From Octopus vulgaris (taxonomy: Eukaryota), in assembly GCA_951406725.2 (NCBI GenBank), contig OX597816.1, positions 141,608,001-141,672,000 on the forward strand: a DNA stretch of 64,000 nt. Direction: 5' to 3'. The notes under the pieces are model-generated. The model saw only the letters and a program-made list of their open reading frames with translations, had not been told where the DNA came from and made no database searches. Below, in pieces: positions 39,150-52,327 of the stretch. Each line of letters starts with the position of its first letter. Positions within the stretch are counted from its first letter, which is position 1. Both the position numbers and the translations under genes were made by a program.

Positions 39150-41620
39150 AGCTGAGAGCAATCTGGATGATGTATGGCATGGCCTTTTGCTAGTTAAATT
39201 CAGTAGGGAAATCATGGATGGAGAGGATTTCAGAAAATTGCAATTCTGTAAAGAAATATTAGAAAGGAGCAGAATTGCATATTTTGGTGAAGAAAGCTTT
39301 GAGTACAAGATTTATTGACACAATATGGAAGATACTAAGAGGACAGGCAAGTACAATGGGTCACCTGGGAAGTGAAGGTATACAATTTCTTTTCATGGTG
39401 AGAAACCACTTCAGCTCTGAATAGTTGTTCAACCACTTTAGGAACAAGAACTATTGTAACACAGATATAACAGAAGTATGACATAACAGAAATAGCACAT
39501 ATATATGTTAAGATACAGAGATAAGACATATGTGGACTGTAGAATGTTAGAAAGTAAAGGTTTGTCAATTGGACAGTGTGTTATTCTTTTTTTTTCTTTG
39601 AGGTCTAGCATGTGAAGTTAATGAATCATTCTAGATAAGTAAACATTTCTATACCTTATATATGTACCATATCTAAAGTAAAGATTATACCTTAGATATG
39701 GTCAGTAACTGTTCAGAGCTAAAAAAAATTCCAACACTGAAGGGTAAGTTTAAACTTTGGAATGAAGTGCCTGTATCTTGTTATGAGTAGAGTGTTGTGT
39801 ATATGCCAACAGTTACATTTGCAATCTCAATTGTTCTAATTGTAAATAAACACCATGGATAGTAGAGTACAGAGTTCCATATTAATGTTTCTCAAAAGGA
39901 CCTCTACAGAGGTGGAGGTGTCTGTCCATAACAATTTGTCAGTTCCTTTTCAACAAAAGGGGCTGACAAATTGCTATGGAATTTTGGATGGTTATTATTA
40001 GACATCTAAGCAAATATGATAGATTACAAAATGTATGATAGAATGCACAAAAGTGTGAAACAATGTCATAAGTACACTTATATATTAGATAATATACAAA
40101 ATGAGTTGACTGAAATCTGTGGATCATTTGTGCAGATATAAAACTAGCCATGTTATTTTGCAATTGCTGTTGATAGAATGCCAGATTGTTCTTACAAAGA
40201 ATATTTACCTTTCATTATCAGATATGTGAAGAGAGAAGATACAAGTTCTTCAACTGAAGAATACTGTTGTGCATTTCATGAAATTTCTAGAGTAATGATT
40301 AAAGAAAGTGCAAGGATAAACCTTATACTTCTTAGTAAGGCTATATCTGAACATGGAAGACTGTGTGGTTCAATTGTATGATACTGGCTTGACAGTACAG
40401 TGGTGTGCAGGCTATCTTAAAGGAAAAGAATGAGAACTGCATTTTCTTTGGTTGTGTAAGTCATATTCTGACCTTCATTGGTACTGAAAGAAACTGTAAC
40501 ATTCTTTGGAACAACATAAATGTATATATATAAATGTTCAATACCTTTGAGTCTTTAGCAATAAGAGAGATTCTCTCCCAATGTACATTGTCAAAGAAAT
40601 GTTCAGTGATCACTGACTATGTAAGACCAATTGCATGGTTTTTCGATAGTTTGAGAAATGTCATGGCAGAGCTAAGTGAAGTTACAAATTTGGCAACAAT
40701 GTGTAGGTCTGATCTTTGAAGTATCAAAAAATACTTGGGTACCTGTAAGTATGTACTGATACTTGCTATCTGAATTAAAATTCTAACACTGATCCATGAA
40801 ATTAACTTGGCAATAAAATCTTGTATGCCACATTAGATATGGCAAAGGACAACACTGATCACCTATGAGCAGATATCCTGAAACTGAACGCTATACTTGA
40901 AGAAGCATGATGTGTTTTAATCAAAATTGGTGTGTTAGTTTCACTATTCACAGGTGATATCCATCTCCCAAATATGCTGAAAATTATTTCAGGGTGAATG
41001 TGTTCTTCAACATAATTGACTATCGATGGTCTTTCACTTCACTTTCCAATAGGCAGTGTCATTTATGGAGTTTTTGATTCTTTTGTGGCATTTAAAGCAG
41101 TTATATGAAAATGGTTGGTTACAAAAATCAGTTTCATCTGTGACACTCAAGTCATAACATTTTAAGTGATATTCAAAGTGAAGTGCTTTTTCTCAACAAA
41201 TAAATGAATAAATAAATAAATAAATAAAGAGAGAAAGAAAGAAAGAAAGGGAAACTTTTCAAGTGAATTTCATGCTGTGTTACTGAAGAAAATTTATGGT
41301 TGAATATTAGAATTAATATAAGGCAAGGTTTCCCAAATGTTCTCAATGTGTTGCACATTTTTCATTTTATTGCCAGCAACATTGGTCATAAGTGAATAAA
41401 GTCATACTTTTGGCCAAGAATGTTGCAAGAACATTTAAAATGATTAGTAATTTTGAACATCAACAACGATAAGACAAAGTTGTTTGATTTTTATTCTATT
41501 TCATTTACTTTTCTTCGTATAGCTGCTGAATTTGCTCAACAACAAGCATGGAAAGGATTTTTGAATATGAAAAAGTGACGACTATTTCTGAACTGAAATT
41601 CTGAATAGAATAGAAACAAT
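39150..41620 (+). mobile_element. hAT transposase relic (ZMYM1-like)
   Basis: YFAIAVDRMPDCSYKEYLPFIIRYV (first catalytic D region), QLYDTG..GVQAILKEKNENCIFFGCVSHIL (CxxH motif) and GFPNVLNVLHIF (dimerisation domain). Many stops. Confidence 0.65.
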
Positions 41621-41989
41621 TGTGAACTTTTACATCTTGTTACAGTATGGTTCTCTGTCATGCATTACAGATTTAAAAAAAAACAACTTTTAATTAGGTT
41701 TTACTGTTAAGTACATAATGTATGCTTCAAATGTATGTATATACCCATAATACAAACATAAATCATATATCATAGATTTCTATAATACTTAACAATAATT
41801 TTGAATGGGCCTATGATTGCTTTACACACACACACATACACACTCACAGAAATAGCTTGACTAATCTTTACATTGCTTAAAGTCTTGTGGTATCCAGATT
41901 AACTGATGCCAACATTCTGTTTACCTACCATTCTGCAGTAGAAATAGTAAGACTGATCCTGCTGGTGGTGTAAAGCAGTTGTGGCAGGG

Positions 41990-42322
41990 CTACATAAAAA
42001 AACACCTGTGTGGTGCCATGTAAAAGTGCTCATATGACATTATGTAAAAGCACCCATGCAGTGTTATATAAAAGTGCCTGAGTGGTGCCACACAAAATAC
42101 ATGTCGAAGTGCTTGTGTGGTGCCATGTAAAAACACCTGTGCAGTGTCATGCAAAAGCACCCAGCACACTTTGTAAAGCGGTTGGCATTAGGAAGGGCAT
42201 CCAGCTGTAAAAACCATATCATATTAGACGAGTCTGGTGCAGCTCCAGAGCTTGCCAGCTCTGGTCAAACTGCCCAACCCATGCCAGCATGGACAACAAA
42301 CGTTAAATGATGATGATGATGA
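41990..42322 (+). mobile_element. RTE 3'-terminal fragment preceded by ~21-bp tandem repeats
   Basis: About 8 copies of GTGGTGCCATGTAAAAGCACCT, then GTTGGCATTAGGAAGGGCATCCAG..CCCATGCCAGCATGG..(ATG)n. Confidence 0.75.
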
Positions 42323-42657
42323 AGGAGAATGTAATGAAGCAATTGTCGTCATTTGCTAGTTGAAATACTCGCATGGTCTGAATTGACTGACAAGAACCCT
42401 AAATATTCCCACCGAGAAGCCACTTAAAAATTTCCTTTAATTTCTCTTTAGTCTGACTCTATATGTCTCAAATATTTTGAGTGTTTTGCACTTAAGAAAC
42501 TTTAAGTAATGTGAAATTGAGTTAATCTGTTATTAAAAACCTAAAACTTCAACTAAATAATGTGTTGAGTGTTACTTTCTTCTATTTGTTCATCCACTTT
42601 GTGGACTGAGATCCCTTTTGACAGTATTTAACACTTAGATAAAGTGGTAAATAGTTA

Positions 42658-43457
42658 CGAGATGGTATCAAAAGATTCCTGGACTAGTTCTGTAGTGCAC
42701 CAACAGATGGCAGCACATGGTTGTGTGTGCAGTGAGAGCTAGCAGTGACCTTCATGAGGTAGTGTGTTGGGTGACATTGCTGTGTTTACTTTGCAAGTTG
42801 TGAAATTTGTGATCATGTGTATGATCTGTGGTTTTTGTCATGGACAGGAAGTTGGAAGAAAGAGTCAACATGAAATTTTGCGTTAAAATTGGGAAATCTG
42901 CTACAGAGACATTGAGCATACTTCAGCAAGCTTACAGCAACAAGGCAATGGGTTGTATGTAATTTTTTGATTGGCATGTGTGCTTCAAAAGTGGAAGAAT
43001 GTTCCTTGAAGATGATGATCAACCTGGAAGACCTGCTCATTGTTTTTTTTTTTTTGATATTCATGGTATTGTGCATCAAGAATTCATCCCTGAGGGCCAG
43101 GCTATCAATTGAGAGTTCTACTGCGACATTTTGAAGCATTTGTGAGAGGACATTCAACAAAAGTGACTGGATCTGTGAAGAGAGGAATTGGATTTTCCAT
43201 GACAACAATGCATCATCACCAAGCTATCTTTACTCTCTCTTTTTGACTCTTTTACTTGTTTTAGTCATTTGACTGCGACCATGCTGGAGCACCGCCTTTA
43301 ATCGAGCAACTCGACCCCGGGACTTATTCTTTTGTAAGCCCAGTACTTATTCTATCGGTCTCTTTTGCCGAACCGCTAAGTAACGGGGACATAAACACAC
43401 CAGCATCGGTTGTCAAGCAATGCTAGGGGGACAAACACAGACACACAAACACACACG

Positions 43458-43500
<43 letters not shown>

Positions 43501-44017
43501 GACGGGCTTCTTTCAGTTTCTGTCTACCAAATCCACTCACAAGGCTTTGGTAGGCCCGAGGCTATAGTAGAAGACACTCGCCCAAGGTGCCACGCAGTGG
43601 GACTGAACCCGGAACCATGTGGTTGGTAAACAAGCTACTTACCACACAGCCACTCCTGTGTCTACTCATGAGTTTCTCACCAAAAGCAACATGATATCAC
43701 TTCTGCACCCACCCTATTCACTAGATTCTGCACCTGCAGACTTACATCTTTTCTCCAAGATGAAAAAGTAGCCCAAAAGTCACTGTTTTCATACCGTTGT
43801 TTAGATCCAAGGTGAATCGCAGAAGGTCTTCAACTCAGTTATGGAAAATGGCTTCCAAGGCCCTCGGCTCAGTTATGGAAAATGGATTCCAAAAGAGGGA
43901 GAAACCCTGGGACCAGTGTATTGCTGCACAAGGTGACTATTTCAAAGATGATTGAAAATTTAGGTAAATATTTTTTATTACACATAACTAGTCTGGGAAC
44001 TTTTTGATACCACCTCA
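42658..44017 (+). mobile_element. mariner (DD34D-type) transposon relic with TIRs, SINE inserted inside
   Basis: TA|CGAGATGGTATCAAAAGATTCCTGGACTAGTT ... AACTAGTCTGGGAACTTTTTGATACCACCTCA|TA. Fragments RVNMKFCVKIGKSATET, FDIHGIVHQEFIPEGQ, FHDNNA and HPPYSLDSAPAD. Confidence 0.85.
43230..43660 (-). mobile_element. SINE family A, full length, inside the mariner
   Basis: Consensus-like copy with CpGs retained. Confidence 0.9.
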
Positions 44018-44122
44018 TATATATGCAAGTTAGCAGCTCCAGTTCTCTGAAGCTACAGAATTTGTTGTGTATATAAACAAACTGGCTACTTATTTCTATG
44101 GGATTGCACAAGTGAAGTAGAC

Positions 44123-44165
44123 ATCTCTGATGAAGACCCACTAAAGTTCAAAAATCAATTAAGGT
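44123..44165 (+). ncRNA. Decayed hammerhead relic (GAAA box mutated)
   Basis: ATCT-CTGATGA-AGAC..GTTC-aAA-AATCaATT-A-AGGT. Two CG>CA reversions would restore GAAA and the palindrome AATCGATT. Confidence 0.3.
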
Positions 44166-44399
44166 TATTCTTCATTTTGTCAGTTTAGGTACAAAGCTAA
44201 AAATAATGAAATGTTACATGGTGGTAAATTTTGACTTATTAATCAGAAAAATAACATTTAAATCTTAATAAGAAAAGTGATTAAAAAAATAAATAAATAA
44301 ATAATTAGATAAAATAAGAAGAAACATAAAAGACAAAACTATAGACAGTTTGTTGTATATAGGTTGAATGGATGTGAAAGCTCTGTGTTCTGCTTACTA

Positions 44400-45110
44400 A
44401 TTATACAGACACACACAAAACACTTATACTGAATACAAGACTGTATTCTTGTTTAACTCTTTTTTTTGCAAGGTTTCTTTGTATTGTAATATTGTCATGT
44501 GTCATGATGTTTACAACTTTCATGTTTGCAATCAAATTTATAAACCACTTTGGTCATTAGTAGCTTGTTTGTGAGTTCACATACCTATTGTTTTGTTACT
44601 GAAGGTTTTTTTTTTAATTTTAGTGCTTTTGTAGTTATTTATTTGTGTAAATTTATGGTTTGTTATGATGCATTATGTATTTTGTTTTACAAGACTTTTG
44701 ATAATGCATTCATCTATTGAATACTTAGTATTTCTGTAATATATGTGCTTTGTATATTTTTCATATGTGTGATGTCTAGCTTATTTCCTACTGTGTTGTA
44801 TTTTTTCTTGAATTGTTCTAATGTTTGGTCTTTTACTTTGTTGAATACACATCATTAATTAGCATTTGTTTTTTATTTTGTGAATTTCTATATCTAGGAC
44901 TTAGTTTGTGAAGGAGAACCTCAATGGTTTTCTATGTAAGGAATTTACCATTGACATTTTGTATCTAGGGAAACTCTATGATTCCAAGTAAGTTTCTACA
45001 CTTATGTCTTTGGTGTAAAAAGATATGTTGTTTTCTATCTGAATGTTTCAGGTCTCAGTTCTTATACAAAGGAGCAAATTCAATGTATTACACCATACAA
45101 CATGACAAAA
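44400..45110 (-). mobile_element. Probable Penelope-like element relic
   Basis: LLMTKVVYKFDCKHESCKH resembles the GIY-YIG N-terminal motif VVYKFxC; very weak RT-like pieces lie upstream. Confidence 0.4.
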
Positions 45111-46451
45111 CTAGATAGGAAAATATTAACAGACAACACATTTATATTATTATTTTCTTCCTTAATTTATTTCAGTCATTAGACTGTGGCCATGCTGGGC
45201 CACTGCCTTGAAGGGTTTAGTAGAATAAATCAACACCAGTACTTACTTCTTTTTTTTTTACATCTGGCACTTATTTTATTGATCACTTTTGCTGAAGTGC
45301 TAAGTTACAGCGATAAAAGCAAACCAACACTAGTAGTCAAGTGGTAATGAGGGACAAACAGAAACACAGACACACAGACATGTACATACACACACACATA
45401 CATACATGCATATGTAATAGTTAATGAATATACAACAAAAAGTTATGCATTCATTAACATGGGTAAAGATGAATATATTACAAATAATAACAATTTTCTG
45501 AATGACAAAAATAAATTCATGAAGATTAGAGAAGACAATACCAACATATTGTCAGGTAATCCAAGATACTTGGTATATATGAAGTCCTCCTCAACCATCC
45601 TACCTGTCACTATATATGAAAAAGTCACTCCTCAATCTTCCTTCTGATTATTCCTCTTGGGAATCCTTAGGTTTACATTGGGAAGGCTGTATGGAATTCT
45701 TACCTACTTCCTTCATATTGAGCATGGTCGCTGCACAATTGACAGTGAAATCCTCTCTTCTTACCTGAAAACTAAAACTTCTGACTTATTACATTTGACT
45801 GAGTAACCTGAAAGCTAAAAGGTTAAACTGCTCTAGCTATAATGGGTGGGAGATGAGAACTGAGTTCTGATAGACTCCTGCCTGCATACTAAATTTCTTG
45901 TTGAACTTACTGCTAACTCTCACCTTGCTGACATCATCTTGGTATAAAGCTTGAAATGGCACCTATAAAGCATTTATCTATTCCTTTTTTTCTATAGTAT
46001 CCATCATAATTAATGTAGTTATAGTTTTTTCTGTATTTTGATAGAAATAATGTTTATATCCAATGTGTTTCCTTTACACATACACATACAAAAATATATA
46101 AATACACATAAATAATAAGAATTTCTTTGTGCGTCTAAAAGGTCTTGCTGAATATAGATGGCTATATGAGAAGTAATTAGCTTATAGTTAGTCAAAAATT
46201 TGATTTTTTAAAAATTGGTTGGGAGGAGTGTTATTTGTTGTTTTGTGCACATATGTGTCAATAGAGTTATTGAAGAATGCTAGAATCTTAGAAAAATTAG
46301 TTATTTGCTTATCAATAGTTGGTATTAGTGCAATAATTGTGTGAAATTCAATTATGACTTTTGTTTTTAATCAAGTTTTTTTTTTGTCTAGTGCTGTGTG
46401 GTGTTCACCTACTTTCTCTTTCGCATACTAACCTTGGCCTTTAACACTTTC

Positions 46452-46490
46452 ACTCTGAAGATGACTTCATGTCTGGCAGGAAAGCTCAGT
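46452..46490 (+). ncRNA. Degenerate minimal hammerhead motif (CUGAAGA variant)
   Basis: ACT-CTGAAGA-[imperfect stem II]-GAA-AGCT-C-AGT, with palindromic stem III AGCT and stem I ACT/AGT. Confidence 0.4.
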
Positions 46491-46845
46491 TAATCTCCTG
46501 TCTTCACTTAGTATAGAACATATGCCATACCTTCTTTCTACATCATAAGAAACTATGAAGAGTGCAATATGAAGCTGGTAAATAGACTTTCGACTCATTT
46601 GATCAACCAAACATACATAAATGAAAGGATGTATCATATTTACATAAACACATGCATACACACATAATCACACACTTGTTTTCCCAAACCAATGCTGCTT
46701 TATTATTACTACAAGTTCCATTTGATTAAATGCTATTTGAAGAGTGTATGACAAAGTAAATGCAATCTACATTCTATATTGAATAGTTTGTACTTTTCAT
46801 TTCTAAACAGAAGCATATACATAAAAATATGCAAATGTACGGAAG

Positions 46846-46847
<2 letters not shown>

Positions 46848-46881
<34 letters not shown>

Positions 46882-47020
46882 CACACACAAATATATATAT
46901 AAATAAATATATATACATATATAAATATTTGTATATATAAATATATATATGTATATATATATATAAATATATATATACATATATATTTGTATATATATAA
47001 ATATATATACATACACACAC

Positions 47021-47095
<75 letters not shown>

Positions 47096-47229
47096 ACCTG
47101 ATACAAAGAAAGGCTAAATGTGCAAAGCTTATATGTATGAGTGTATGTGTGTGTGTGTGTGTGTGTATGTTCCTAAAAAGAATTTAATACATAATACAAA
47201 AAGGGCTAAATGCATAAATGTAAAGTTTA

Positions 47230-47264
<35 letters not shown>

Positions 47265-47465
47265 TACACTTTCAAACACCCATGTATACATACCTATATA
47301 TCTCACTCTATATATACATGCATGTGTGTATGTGTGTGTGCATGTGTGTGTGTGTGCAGTATATACATATATATAAATATATATGCATGTCTGTTTTTAA
47401 TATACACAGTATAATATTTAATAACAAATAAGTATATATACACACACACACCTTTCATACATACA
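46848..47465. repeat. Compound (CA)n/(TA)n/(TG)n microsatellite field (similar at 17085-17262 and 38030-38450)
   Basis: Directly visible; source of several spurious YI/CV-repeat ORFs. Confidence 0.95.
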
Positions 47466-50322
47466 CATAAAATCTCATTATTTTCATTTTAATTTCATTT
47501 CATAATGTTATGAAAAATATTTCTGCTTGTTCAATAGCATTATTCATCTTTTACAATTTTGTTTAATAAAATACTTTTCATATCATCTAAAATTAATTTA
47601 TTGATCACATAAACATACAAATTATTATGTATTTCTAACCTGTAGCATTTGATAAACTTGTTTTATATACAACAGTTATTCACTGAGTGAATGAAGTTTA
47701 AAGTATGACATGAAACCACCAGCCAGCAACACTCAATCAGAATTTTCAAATGCAGACATAGTTTTAAGCCTATGACAAGATGATAAAAATTATAATCTGT
47801 TACACTAAAAAGCTAACTGTACAGCCCTCCATTTTTTCTGTTGTTGGTGCTTATTTCCAGAGTTCTCTAAGTGTTATTAGCAAACATTATTTTATCTTTA
47901 TGACATGGTAGCAGCACTGATTATAAAATGGATGATATCTTCATGATTTACTTCTTTTTTTTTATTTTTATAGTTCAGAACAAAACCTTTCATGCTAACT
48001 AAGCTACCACTTTCCAAAATTTATTTTTGCAGATTTGAACATTTACCGTTAGATGTATGCTTTTTCTATTGGTAACGACTCAACCACTTAAGAGACTAAA
48101 AGTGCATGCCTTGCCTATGGGAACAACACAGCTGTTGTATCAAACTTTTAAACTAGACCAATGTGGTATACTGACCATTCCAGCACCTTAACCTTACAAA
48201 CATTGTACCACTCATTATATATATATATACATATATATATATGTGGATGCCTACATACTGGCAGGCAATTTGACAAGCTGATATCAATCATTCTTTGAAG
48301 TTAACAATGAAATAAGTAAGATATGTGCATCTATCATATTTTTAATCTCTGATTAATAACATACCACAAAAAAAAAAATTACATTTAAGTTCTAAGATTT
48401 TTCTAGAGGCAGGAATTCAATAAAGTGTTGTGCTCACGCATTGATTAGGTCATGTCATAACATACCAATGCAATTCCTCGGATGATTTTTCTTTCATCTC
48501 ATACAGATATAGGATTTACACATAAAATGACAAGCTTGCTACCTGCTGGCTAGTCTATGACAAAGTGGAAAGTATTGAATTCACTAGCGTTGAGACTATT
48601 AATCAGCTTGCATTCTTTATGTTTCTCAATGCATTCACTGCTTCCTTTTTTTGTTTTTTCTTATTTAGGATGTGTCCATAAATTTTCTGTTTAAAGTGGT
48701 TATCAATACTTTCAACAAGTTCATCTTCAAATAACCAATCAAATCAGATTTACTCATTGCAGAAAAAATCTCTGTACTATTAAAATGGTTAATAAAAACA
48801 AGACCTTTAAATACAACCAAATTTTGCCATGTGAAAAGGCACAAATAATATAGTTAAAAATGTGTCCTCAAGAATAATATTTTGTCTTATAGGAACAAAG
48901 TGATGAACAGAGTTTATTACATACAATCCTATAGAATATTTTGAAACTCAGAAAGCACACATAAAAGAAACCTGAAAAGAAAAGGTAAAGGAAAGAGAAA
49001 GAGGTGGCAAGAAAGGAGTGAAAAAGGGAGAAAACATAGAGAATGAAGATAAAAAGAGGGAAATCATTTCAAAAGCTTTAAATTGAGTAATTTGAACGAG
49101 AAATGTTAAAAAATAACAAACAGACAAGGAAAAAGTTCTAGTGTATTTTCAGCACTATTTTATCTCTCTTTTCAACTCCATTCCAGCTACACCCACCCAC
49201 TCTTCTATAATGAGGGTATCCATGTAGCTTTTTTACACCAAGAAACCTCTTCTGTTCTCTGTTCTTTTATACTTTAACCCCTCATGTAGCATAAAACAAC
49301 CTTCCTCTTTACTATAGCTCCACTTAGTCAGAGGGGATCTTTGTCTTGTATGCTGCATATGATCTAACTAGTGCAGGTGTCAAGAAAAAAAAGTACTCAG
49401 TACACTCTGTAAAGTGGTTGGCAGTAGGAAGCGCATCCAGCAGTAGAAAGCATGCCAAAACAAATATTGGAATACAATGTAGTCCTCAAACCCACTGGAT
49501 TCTGTCAAACTGTCCAACTCCTGCCAGCATGGATAATGGCTGTTAAAGGATGGAAGGACTGAAATGTGAAATATTACTAACTTACAAAAAATATCATTAA
49601 CTAATAAGTGTCATGCTTTGCCTTATGCCTCTAATTTTTGATGAAATTGTAAGGGAGCTGTTATGACATGTAACATATTTTGGCATTTTTAGGCCTGATG
49701 GAGCTTTAGTAGAGTAAATGCTTTAATTTTTATGGTGTATGCATTGTAACAAGAACTATAAATAATTCTCAAAGCAGCACCTTTATGCAAATTAACTTCA
49801 ACATATATGTGAGGTTTGGTAGCATTCTGTAAGTAGTGATAAGCTGTCAGCTGCCAGTAGAATGACAGATTTAAGTGGACATTGATGAATGATAATGAGC
49901 CTGATTAGTTTTTTCACTCGGTGTGTTTGCAAAACTCATTCATCTAACAAGATGTTATATATATATTGAGAGAGAAAGAGAGAGAGAAAGATTAGTCACT
50001 CCATATATGTCTATCATATATATATATATAAATAAACTGATAACTGAAAATTTCGTTTTATGTTGTACTTAGTTTTAAAAGAATAATTGCTTTCAAGTTT
50101 TGGCACAAAGCCAGCAATTTCAAAGGAGGGGTAGGTTGATTAGAGTAACTACAGTGCTCGACTGGTACTTATTTTATTGACCTCAAAAGGGAGAAAGGCA
50201 GAATTTGTACTCAGAATGTACCAGCATGCTAGTGATTCTGCCAGCTCAACACCTTACAGTTTTAAAAGAATTATTAACTAAAGTTAATTCCTACAATTCA
50301 ACCAATTCAACAACAGCTTTCT

Positions 50323-50522
50323 TAACACTTTTGTTGCAACATTTCTGTTGAAAATTATGAAATATTTAAAGAAATAGCTTTGTCATTATTAAGCTGCTGT
50401 TTGGAACATAAATTATTATGAAATTTTGATGGATAGGTTTAATATAAACCATTTTAAATCAGGAATTTTGTGCCATAGAATTAGAGACAGAATGAGACAT
50501 GTTGGTATCTAAAAAAGGTTAA
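50323..50522. mobile_element. Degenerate copy of piggyBac-type MITE family 1
   Basis: Shares internal sequence (ATTAAGCT..GGAACATAAATT) and TTAA ends with 19221-19440. Confidence 0.55.
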
Positions 50523-51113
50523 TTTGTTGAGATTATTCTATAATTATTCCAGTTCTTTTTCTCCCTTTTCACATAACTTTTATTTAATCCCCCCACACTT
50601 TTAAAAGGTTCCTCAGATTGTTACAATCAATACAATTAGCTTCAACATGATTATCAATATAATCACTTCTACTATGGGCATAAGGCCTAAAATTTTAGAG
50701 GCAAGGGCTAGTCAATTAATTTGACCTCAGTACTCAACTGCAGAATGAAAGGCAAAGTTGATGCTGGTGGAAGTTGAACTCAGAATGTAAAGAGCTGGAA
50801 GAAATTTTATCCAACATGCAAATGTTTCTGCCAGCTTGCTGCCTTATTATTATCAATATACTACTACAATATTATGATTGCTACTATTCTTATAGAATTC
50901 AATTATCTAATTGCTGAGGGTATTTCTAGTTCTTCAGTGACTTTTGGTCTCTATTTTTATAATTTATTCTGCATACTCACAACCCTCACTTCTACTTACT
51001 TCCCCTTTGACTATTTCGTAAGGATTAAACTTTTTTAAGATTTTTATTAATGGAGAAGATATTAATATTTAAAAAGTATTTTTTAAAGCTAACTTTGAAA
51101 GTATGTTACTATT

Positions 51114-51160
<47 letters not shown>

Positions 51161-51340
51161 GAATTAGAAAAAAAACACCTTTTATCAATTCAACAATAGA
51201 AAAATTTAATTATACCATATAGAAAAAAATTACATCCTATAGATAAAATTAAATATAAGATAAAAACATATACCAATGATTAAGTAATGCACAGAATAAT
51301 AAATAAAATGTATATACGTATATATTTGGTAAAATGACAA

Positions 51341-51377
<37 letters not shown>

Positions 51378-51721
51378 TTAGTCATTCCCTATATGTCTAT
51401 CATATTTCATTAAAAGAACCAGAATTCATAATTCAGTGTTATTTAAAAATTTCACTGCTAAATTCCCAAAGTATATAATGGTGATGGTTATGATGATGAT
51501 GATAATGATGAAATGATGATGTTCCCCATCAAAATTATAATGACAAAATAAAAATGATAACGACCATGAAGGCGATGATGATGAAATAATGATGATGATA
51601 GTGATGGTGATGGTTTTGATGATTGTTACTATGATCATCATTTCTATAATCATTCCAGATAAAAAAAAAATCATAAAAGTTAATTTTTTCACATAGTTTT
51701 AAATGAAATAGTTCAAGATAA

Positions 51722-51945
51722 AATTCTTTAGCATCTAAACCGTCCATATCTGGTCCAAACATTCCACCTGTTTCATGATTGAACTGGCCAGATCTGGCCT
51801 CTCACACCTATCCTACAATGTCATTAAAAATTATCCAATCACACATCAAAATCTCAATGCTGTGAGATAATCCATGATTAATTCAAAACAACATGAATAA
51901 ATAAGTATCACATTTGACAGAGTAGTCTAAATACTAAAAGTTTAA
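51722..51945. mobile_element. piggyBac-type MITE, family 2, third copy
   Basis: Colinear with 63608-63811 (AACTGGCCAGATCTGGCC, ATGATTAATTCAAAACA). Confidence 0.65.
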
Positions 51946-52327
51946 GCATCACCTACCTAATATCTTTTACTTCTTCTAGTCATTGGACTATGGCCATACT
52001 GGGGCACTGCCTTAGAGAATTATTTTTTTAGTTGAATGAATCATTCCTAGTGCTTAGTTTTTAAAGCCTAGTACTTCTTCTACTGGTCATTTTTTTGCTA
52101 AACTACAAAGTTTGTAGTACTTATTCTATTGGTCATTTTTTGCTGAACTACAAACTTTGTAGTTCAGCAAAAAATGACCAATAGAATAAGTACTAGGCTT
52201 CAAAAACTAAGCACTAGGAATGATTCATTCAACTAAAAAAAATAATTCTATAAGGCAGTGCCCCAATATGGCCATAGTCCAGTGACTAGAAGAAGTAAAA
52301 GATATTAGGTAGGTGATGCTTAAACTT
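51938..52327. repeat. 390-bp near-perfect inverted repeat
   Basis: Arms are reverse complements centred on C52155, with few mismatches and an extra ~46-nt duplicated segment in the left arm. Confidence 0.95.

Noticed and set aside
46540-46570. miR-32/miR-92-type seed TATTGCAC on the minus strand (also at ~46328-46335)
   Set aside because: No good hairpin forms around either site and the 3' parts do not resemble miR-92 or miR-32; an 8-mer is expected by chance here.
46774-47431. YI/CV/HT-rich ORFs (also at 273-749, 17028-17281 and 38015-38465)
   Set aside because: Translations of dinucleotide and tetranucleotide microsatellites and SINEs.
50913-50939. Minus-strand CTGAAGA-ACTA-GAAA hammerhead-like boxes
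   Set aside because: There is no stem II, and stems I and III do not pair.
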